Below the pieces are notes generated by a model. That model did no database searches. It saw only the letters and a list, made by a program, of their open reading frames with translations, and had not been told where the DNA came from. DNA of 64,000 nucleotides from Macrostomum hystrix (Eukaryota > Animalia > Platyhelminthes). Both the position numbers and the translations under genes were made by a program. Positions 56,501 through 64,000 of the stretch are shown here, piece by piece. Each line of letters opens with the position of its first letter. The stretch's first letter is position 1. The stretch spans positions 12,338,001-12,402,000 of the forward strand of contig CATNEN010000007.1 of the NCBI GenBank assembly GCA_950097015.1, in the 5' to 3' direction.

Positions 56501-59500
56501 AGATATGGTGAGATTAGATAGGGTGAGATTAGATAGGGTGAGATTAGATAGGGTGAGATTAGATAGGGTGCGATAGGGAGATAGGGAGATTAGAGAGGTG
56601 GAGATTAACGCACATTTTATCAGATAGAATTGAAATGCGATCATTGTCAATGAGCAGTTGAGCAGCGGGTTGTTCCTCCATTCTGAGCACTGAAATTTCC
56701 GTTCTGCCTATTTATGCAAGAAGTCTTGCGGACACCTTTGCGTTGCTTAGCATTTTCGCACCTCTGTCTTCCTCCGAACCCAAAGCCTTGTTTGCTAGCT
56801 CAATAAAACCATTCAATAAAAGCTGCACATTGCGGCAGCCAGGCTTCATGTCTATGGTCAAAACCGGCTGTTAAAAATAGGCACACAGAGTTGCCAGTCT
56901 CTCAGTGCTAGAGTTGCATTCTTGAGGCTGCGGGTGGGGTTGCTGGCTGGTTGCCATGGCGACTGGTGAGAGCCGCCCGCTATTCCTTTGTGCTCGAGTG
57001 CTCAGGGTGAGAATTCTCTGCGCTGTCGCACCTGCAGCTCCTGGCCAGAGACTATTTCATTGATGCTGGAGTGAGCCGGTGAGGGGGTGTAAAGGTGGCC
57101 CTCGTTAAACTGTTCATTTTTTGCACCCCCTAGAGCGAATAGCACGGGCCTTACAGCCCAAGCACAACACACACCTGTGCACTGGAGGCATTCAGATTAA
57201 TACTCGTAATACTAGCTGACAATCTGAGACTAAGTCAGGGCTGCAGAGTGCACAAGCTCAAAACTCGAGCCTTATTCTGTTTTGAGTCCTTCTGAGCAGC
57301 AAATTGGTGAGTATAAAACAGAATTTCAATGGGCCATCGTTGACATTTCACTTGACATTGCCTCCTGCTTAACTCCGTTCACATTAGCCAGTGTTTGCCA
57401 ACCACAGCAAGCTTTTCCTTAGAACCTGCTTCTGCCATTGCTTTGCCAATTGACACTTGATTGACTGCTTTGAAAGCTCTGCTACTTATTTGCTTATTAT
57501 ATACTATTTTCCTCGCGGGGAGCTTTGGTGATTGATGGTCACAGCGAGTCAGGGGTGATGGTCACTGAAGTGTAAGGTGTGACAGACACAGAAGTGTCAG
57601 GTGTGGTGTCAGGTGTGGTGGTCCCTGAAGTGTCAGGTGTGGTGGTCCCTGAAGTGTCAGGTGTGGTGGTCCCTGAAGTGTCAGGTGTGGTGGTCCCTGA
57701 AGTGTCAGGTGTGGTGGTCCCTGAAGTGTCAGGTGTGGTGGTCCCTGAAGTGTCAGGTGTGGTGGTCCCTGAAGTGTCAGGTGTGGTGGTCCCTGAAGTG
57801 TCAGATGTGGTGGTCCCTGAAGTGTCAGGTGTGGTGGTCCCTGAAGTGTCAGGTGTGGTGGTCCCTGAAGTGTCAGGTGTGGTGGTCCCTGAAGTGTCAG
57901 GTGTGGTGGTCCCTGAAGTGTCAGGTGTGGTGGTCCCTGAAGTGTCAGGTGTGGTGGTCCCTGAAGTGTCAGGTGTGGTGGTCCCTGAAGTGTCAGGTGT
58001 GGTGGTCCCTGAAGTGTCAGGTGTGGTGGTCCCTGAAGTGTCAGGTGTGGTGGTCCCTGAAAAGTATTCAACGCCAGTCCTGCGATCCCGCAGGCTCCGC
58101 CGGCAAGCTACACTTCATCCCGCCCACGCACTATCAAATCACCTGGTGGCCCGGTAGCTCGCCAGATCGCGAGGTCAACAGCGCCAGCACCCCGGAGGAC
58201 TTCGCCCTGCTCGAGGGCCTCGCCCCGGCCACAGTCTACACCGTGGTTGTCGAAGCCCGCTGCGAGCAGCGCCAGGACTCGGGAAGCACCGTCATCGTCA
58301 GCAGCCGGCCGCAGCGGCTGACCCTGCGCACCGCCGAGCCGCCGCTGCCGCCCAGCAACCTCGGCGTCGCTGCCACAACCTGCTGCAGCCTCCTTGTGGC
58401 CTGGGACCCTCCCGTTGAGCGCGGCTCGGAGGTCATCGGCATCCGGGTTGAGTGCGCGCCGACTTCCGGTGTCAGCTCTGCCAGCGGCGACTTGCAGGTG
58501 CGGTGTCCATCAGTCGCAGTCCATCAGTCCCAGTCCATCAGCCCCAGTCCATCAGTCCCAGTCCATCAGTCGCAGTCCATCAGTCCCAGTCCATCAGTCC
58601 CAGTCCATCAGTCCCAGTCCATCAGCCCCAGTCCATCAGTCCCAGTCCATCAGTCGCAGTCCACCAGTCCCAGTCCATCAGTCCCAGTCCATCAGTCCCA
58701 GTCCATCAGTCCCAGTCCATCAGTCCCAGTCCATCAGTCCCAGTCCATCAGTCCCAGTCCATCAGTCGCAGTCCACCAGTCCCAGTCCATCAGTCCCAGT
58801 CCATCAGTCCCAGTCCATCAGTCCCAGTCAATCAGTCCCAGTCCATCAGTCCCAGTCCATCAGTCCCAGTCCTGTACTTTACCCTCACCGCTCGCAGGTG
58901 CTGGAGTTGATGCCCGACGCCACCCGGGCCCTCATCGAGAACCTCAGAGAGCACACCGACTATTCTGTCCGCGTCTGCGCCGTCACCGAGGAGGCCCTGC
59001 AGTCGCTCCCGCCGCGTCATCCGGCCCGCCTGGCCCGCAAGCTGCCCGTCGATCTCGCCGAGCTGTCCGGCCTCGTGGACGTCGCCTGGATGCCTTCGGC
59101 CCACCTGCTGGCAACCACCAGCGGCACGCAGCCGCCCAGCCGCATCCGCCTGGCCAGCCTCACCGACCAGAGCGTCAAGCTGCGCTGGCAGCCGCCCTCC
59201 GTCACCGGTTCCAACCGGCTAAAGGGCCAGGTGGTGCGCTGGACTGAAGTGCCCGACGCTGGCAAGTCGGCCACCCGCTCCTCCGACTGGGACGGACCGT
59301 CAGCAGCTGACTATGTCTCGCTAGACCCTAAGGACAGCAAGGTGAGTAGGATTACAAACTCATGAGGGTATGAAATCATGCAATGGAACAGCTGACACTA
59401 GAATGGCTGACACAATAGAACAGCTGACAATATAGAACAGCTAACAATATAGAACAGCTGACAATATAGAACAGCTGACAATATAGAACAGCTGACAATA

Positions 59501-62500
59501 TAGAACAGCTGACAATATAGAACAGCTGACAATATAGAACAGCTGACAATATAGAACAGCTGGCAATATAGATCAGCTGACACTAGAACAGCTGACAATA
59601 TAGAACAGCTGACAATATAGAACAGCTGACAATATAGAACAGCTGACAATATAGAACAGCTGACAATATAGAACAGCTGACAATATAGAACAGCTGACAA
59701 TATAGAACAGCTGACAATATAGAACAGCTGACACTAGAACAGCTGACAATATAGAACAGCTGACAATATAGAACAGCTGACAATATAGAACAGCTGACAA
59801 TATAGAACAGCTGACACTAGAACAGCTGACAATATAGAACAGCTGACAATATAGAACAGCTGACAATATAGAACAGCTGACAATATAGAACAGCTGACAA
59901 TATAGAACAGCTGACAATATAGAACAGCTGACAATATAGAACAGCTGACACTAGAACAGCTGACAATATAGAACAGCTGACAATATAGAACAGCTGACAA
60001 TATAGAACAGCTGACAATATAGAACAGCTGACACTAGAACAGCTGACAATATAGAACAGCTGACAATATAGAACAGCTGACAATATAGAACAGCTGACAA
60101 TATAGAACAACTGACAATATAGAACAGCTGACAATATAGAACAGCTGACAATATAGAACAGCTGACACTAGAACAGCTGACAATATAGAACAGCTGACAA
60201 TATAGAACAGCTGACAATATAGAACAGCTGACAATATAGAACAACTGACAATATAGAACAGCTGACAATATAGAACAGCTGACAATATAGAACAGCTGAC
60301 AATATAGAACCGCTGACAATATAGAACAGCTGACAATATAGAACAGCTGACAATATAGAACAGCTGACAATATAGAACAACTGACAATATAGAACAGCTG
60401 ACAATATAGAACAGCTGACAATATAGAACAGCTGGCAATATAGATCAGCTGACAATATAGAACAGCTGACACTAGAACAGCTGACAATATAGATCAGCTG
60501 ACACTAGAACAGCTGACACTATAACAGCTGACATTTTTAAACAGAAGTCTATGCCCCGATCTCCGAGCAGGTGACTCTGGAGGGTCTTCGCCCCGGCACC
60601 AAGTACCGAGTGGTTGTGGAGGCCGTTGTCAGCGTGAAGACAGCGCTGGACCCGCAGTCGGACCGCGCCACAGCGGAGGAGGAGCAGCGCAACCGGCGCA
60701 CCGCGCACGTGTCCAGCGACCCAGTGTTTGTGCGCACCAGGTGTCACGTGACCCAGCCGCGCCTCATGGTGGCCGCGGTGCGGCCGGACTCCATCCTGCT
60801 GCACTGGGAGCGGCCCTACACACTGGCGGTCGTGCGGCTGGAGCAGGCCAGCGAGAGGCGCTACGTGCGCTGCCACATCGAGGGCTACCGCCTGGAGATC
60901 AACGGCAAGCCGTACGTCAGCCTGCGCCCGGACGCCCAGACCTGCCGGCTGGTGAAATGCCGGCCCGGCAAACTCTACAGCGTTGTGCTGGTGGCCGTCA
61001 CCCAGACTGACGCAGCCAAGAAGGAGGCCAGACGGCTGCGCAAGAGCCGCAGCTCCGAGCAGCAGCAGCAGCAGCAGATCTGCCTGTACCCGGAGGAGCC
61101 TGATGAGACCTTCAGCGAGCCTGTGGAGGTGAGCGGTGGCGACTTTTGTATGGAATTCGGATAGAAATTGTGTGCCAAACTTGGGCTAAATGACCGCCGC
61201 TTGCATCCCCGGCAGGTCCGAGTTCCCGGCGGTCAGCTGGCTGCAATCCGCGAACTGTCCGCCGAATTTCACCTGCCAGACCGAGGCGAAGCCGGCGACG
61301 GCACTGGCGTCGGCGAGGTGCGGCTTCGCTGGAGTCTGGACGACGAGTTCCAGGGCCAGGTGAAGCAGTTCAACGTCACGTGGTGCACCGACCGCGAGGG
61401 CGCCGGTAAGGCGCAGCGGCGGGTCCTGGACGCGGTGGCCACATGCGCTGCGCTGGAGTGCGGCGAGCAGGGCTGCACGGTGACTGCCAGGCTGGAGTGC
61501 GTGCTGACCCGAGAGACCCGCGAGCCAATCGAGATGCAGGTCCAGCTGACCACGCCGGGCCCGCCGTCGACGCCGCAGATCTTCCTGGACGCCCTGTCAG
61601 ACAAGGAGATTCTCATCGAATGGTCGGAGCCGCCCCTGACAGGCGGGGTGGGCGTGGCTGGCTACCAGCTGATCGTGAACGGCAAGAAGGCCGGCGACCC
61701 GCTGGAGCCGACCCACCGGCGCGCGGTGATCCCCTGCCGGCCCAACCGGCACTACCGGGTGCAGCTGGTGGCGCTGTCCGCACACCGCGACTTCCCCGAC
61801 TCCCCGGCCTCCAAGCCGCTGTTCGTCAGCACCCACCCCAACATGCCGGCGGCGTCCGAGGCGCCGCCGCCCGACTTTGTCGATGCCGACGCCCCCGATG
61901 AAGCAGCCGGCGCCGGTGACCAGTCGGAGATACCGTTAAGCGTCAGCGCCCGCACCGACATGACCCTGACGGTGGAGTGGATGGCCTACCAGCCGCCTGA
62001 CGGGGTCCACAGCTTCGCCCTGCAGTGGTCCAGTCCCGCACAGCCGGCTGAGCGCACGGAGACGCTGGCGCATCAAGAGCGCTCCTGTCTGCTGCAGAAC
62101 CTGCTGCCAGGCACCGTGTACTCCCTGCGCCTCAGCTCACTTGACTCCGGCCGCGCCGTGGTGGAGAAAAGCCGCGCCCTTCGTGTCCAGACCTGCGCGC
62201 CTATCGACACCCCCGTGCTGAACCTGCGGGCCTGCAACTTCTCCTACATCGCAGTGAACTGGAACACCCCGAAGCACTACGGCGACGCGCCGGTGGCCGG
62301 CTACAAGGTCTTCATCAACGGCGTCGTGGAGGAGACCCTGGGAGCCGGCGAGACCAGCTTCACCTACTGCAAAGGCCGCTGGTGCCAGGACTACAGCTTC
62401 CAGGTACTCAGCAGCACTCTTGATCCCCAAACTGTACTCAGAAATCCCACTGGATCATTAATTTGAGCATAACCAAATCGCACACTGCCAGGTGCAAGCT

Positions 62501-63046
62501 GTGAGCAGCAACCCGCGCTTCAACAGCAAACCCAGCGACAGCCTGCTGGTCACGTGGCCTGGCTGCCTGCCCGGCGAGCTGCGGCCGCTGGTGGCCACCG
62601 TCAGCGGCGCCGCCAGGGTCGGCTGGCAGGCGCCCTACCTGACGGAGGGCGTCAAGTTGAAGCAGTTCCGGCTGATCTGCAAGCTGGCGGACACCGGCCA
62701 GGTGGTGCGGGTGGTCGGGCCGCTGCACCCGGAGACGCGGGAGGCGGAGGTGACTGGCCTGCGGTCCGGCACCTACCACCTGCAGCTGGAGGTGCAGCTG
62801 CACGGCACCCAGATGGCGGTGCTGTCCGCGGCCTTGACAGTGCAGCCGACGCTGACGCCGGACCCGCCGACAGTGTCGGTGACGGTGGTCGGCCTGGAGC
62901 AGCGCAGGCAGCTGGAGGCAGCGGTCTGCCGGCTGGTGAACAAGCGGGACAGGCATGTGCGGCTGATCCACAACATCCACATGCTGCCCACCAAGACGCT
63001 GGAGGAGACCCAGCTGCTGGCCCGCTTCACCGAGGCATACAACCAG
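41597..63046 (+). CDS. Giant uncharacterised cupredoxin-like repeat + Fn3-associated + fibronectin type III repeat protein (at least 2972 aa, 3'-incomplete)
   Basis: 28 phase-consistent GT-AG exons: 41597-41846, 41971-42047, 42302-42696, 43692-43736, 43838-43924, 44243-44411, 45209-45542, 46210-46367, 46762-47202, 47441-47740, 47844-48155, 48820-48926, 49126-49237, 49551-49832, 50641-50911, 51313-51624, 51924-52382, 52579-52737, 53481-53868, 53970-54464, 54624-54759, 54838-55014, 55436-55736, 58094-58497, 58898-59341, 60571-61128, 61216-62403, 62492-63046. Total 8916 nt with no stop. Confidence 0.88.
42778..42878. repeat. 23-bp minisatellite (cagctacccgctctgatctaccc) x4
   Basis: Intron 3 of the giant gene. 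Confidence 0.9.
43947..43994. repeat. 11-bp repeat (gctgtcaggaa) x4
   Basis: Intron 5. Confidence 0.85.
44416..45197. repeat. 17-bp minisatellite (cctactcactgacccac)
   Basis: About 45 copies filling almost all of intron 6. Confidence 0.96.
45595..46120. repeat. 24-bp minisatellite (gagatgcagggaggtcagaatcga)
   Basis: About 21 copies, intron 7. Confidence 0.95.
46371..46698. repeat. 42-bp minisatellite (agctgacggactgaggcgggttcaaggtggtgttcagggatt)
   Basis: About 8 copies starting at +4 of the intron 8 donor. Confidence 0.95.
47223..47411. repeat. 33-bp minisatellite (gcaggtggtcagctggtgaactgggttgtgaat)
   Basis: About 5.7 copies, intron 9. Confidence 0.93.
48181..48327. repeat. 22-bp minisatellite (gtgacctgaggttgcttgaggY)
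   Basis: About 6.5 copies, intron 11. Confidence 0.93.
48962..49108. repeat. 12-bp minisatellite (cagcatttcacc)
   Basis: About 12 copies, intron 12. Confidence 0.93.
49855..50552. repeat. 21-bp minisatellite (gcagctggagatttaattgWt)
   Basis: About 33 copies, intron 14. Confidence 0.95.
51060..51257. repeat. 21-bp minisatellite (gatgggattagtgagacagat)
   Basis: About 9 copies, intron 15. Confidence 0.9.
52959..53235. repeat. 20-bp minisatellite (gtgaggtgggtgtatacaga)
   Basis: About 14 copies, intron 18. Confidence 0.92.
55068..55395. repeat. 20-bp minisatellite (gggagtgaggtggctgtcta)
   Basis: Degenerate array, intron 22. Confidence 0.88.
55845..56077 (+). mobile_element. Possible degenerate tRNA-derived SINE
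   Basis: B-box-like ggtcctgagctcgaatcc at about 55891-55908 in a tRNA-like context, then a ~150-nt body and a ttgttattattat tail. Confidence 0.35.
56478..56600. repeat. 15-bp minisatellite (gggtgagattagata)
   Basis: About 7 copies, intron 23. Confidence 0.85.
57590..58060. repeat. 24-bp minisatellite (gtgtggtggtccctgaagtgtcag)
   Basis: About 19 near-identical copies, intron 23. Confidence 0.96.
58505..58872. repeat. 14-bp minisatellite (cagtccatcagtcc)
   Basis: About 26 copies filling intron 24. Confidence 0.95.
59386..60533. repeat. 17-bp minisatellite (gaacagctgacaatata) with 15-bp variants
   Basis: About 68 copies filling intron 25. Confidence 0.97.
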
Positions 63047-63059
63047 GTGGGCGGCGCGG

Positions 63060-63160
63060 AGTGGAACGGAATAGAATGGAATAGAATAGAGAAGAATAGA
63101 TGGGAATAGAATTTAATAGTGGAGAATAGAAAAGAAAACAATAGAATGGAATAAAATGGA
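63060..63160. repeat. Degenerate (GAATA/GAATG)n pentamer repeat
   Basis: Just after the exon 28 donor. Confidence 0.75.
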
Positions 63161-63585
63161 TTATGTCATAAAAGAACTGCGCTTGCTACTTGCAGTGTCA
63201 GTAGAGAGGCGGGCATGTGAGTTGCTCTTTGAGAAGAAAGCCATCGAGAAATGAAATGGTGAAATTACGGAATGCTTTAATGAGCCTCTTCACTGCTCTC
63301 AGCCTCTGAGGGTACCCCGCCGGCTGAGTCTGAGACACAGTTTGTGAATGAGTTAAACGCCTGGCTGCCTTTCAATAGTTGCATTCCAGGTGCTGTCACT
63401 GTTGGCGCCAGCCTTCTCTCTTCGAGTCCCTTGATTTCATGGCGCATTCATTTTTCTAGCACTTTCGCTTCTAACAATGTCAAGCGACAAAGGCCGAGTT
63501 AGATCCTTTGTTCTACTCTTTGCACTAACTTTTATCCGACAAACACATATAGGCAATGAACTTAGCTTAAAATGAATAAATAAAT

Positions 63586-63691
63586 GGATTGCTAGTCTAT
63601 CCAGTGAGGAACAGAGTGGATTGCTAGTCTATCCAGTGAGGAACAGAGTGGATTGCTAGTCTATCCAGTGAGGAACAGAGCAGATTGCTAG
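63586..63691. repeat. 32-bp tandem repeat x3 (ggattgctagtctatccagtgaggaacagagt)
   Basis: Period 32 checked (63586, 63618). Confidence 0.92.
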
Positions 63692-64000
63692 CATAGTTTA
63701 CAGAAGCCTTTGAAAGTGTATTCCATCTGCTTTGAATACTCCAAGCACTGTAATTCTCGCAGTTCATTGCTCAATAATCCGTTATCAAAGTCGCCGCAGA
63801 TGAGCAGAAAAGTATAATGAAAGCCACCTTAAAAATGCCTGATGAAAAAGCGGGGATCGCATTGTTGCTGAGTACGGCGAATCTAAAGATTCCCGGAAAA
63901 ATTTCCCCGTTGAAATTAAGCATCGATGTCATCTGCAGGCAGGAGGAGGAGGTTGCGGGGACACGCATCCACTGTCTCTTCAGCTTCTAAAAATAGCTTT

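Larger units (their letters stand above)
49551..63046 (+). other. Domain block: about 15 fibronectin type III repeats, with a Gln/Ser/Pro low-complexity insert (about 51500-53600)
   Basis: Repeated W-x-PP...GY-x-L/V-xx-NG/DG...L-x-PG-x-x-Y-x-V-x-V-x-A...S-x-PS motifs. Confidence 0.85.

Overview
Eukaryotic (animal) genomic DNA. GC-rich exons, GT-AG introns and a very high density of unrelated minisatellites suggest a free-living flatworm such as Macrostomum lignano (inference). I assembled five genes by hand with phase-consistent splice sites: (1) the first coding exon of an AMPK catalytic alpha subunit (minus strand, runs off the left edge); (2) a complete 6-exon NECAB-family gene (two EF-hands plus an ABM domain), head-to-head with AMPK; (3) a 5-coding-exon Runx gene whose VWRPY-like motif (VWKPY) is not C-terminal; (4) a 2-exon stomatin/MEC-2-like SPFH gene; (5) a giant gene of at least 28 exons and at least 2972 codons, running off the right edge, with an N-myristoylation motif, seven cupredoxin-like repeats lacking the type-1 copper ligands, an Fn3-associated/CHB_HEX-like domain and about 15 FN3 domains. 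Most long ORFs in the supplied track are artefacts of tandem repeats. The main oddities are a 1.7-kb stretch with no CpG at the AMPK 5' end, a different minisatellite in nearly every long intron (often starting at the donor and sometimes duplicating it), and inverted 23-bp arrays flanking the last NECAB exon. Repeat boundaries and copy numbers are approximate; family assignments come from motif recognition, not database searches.
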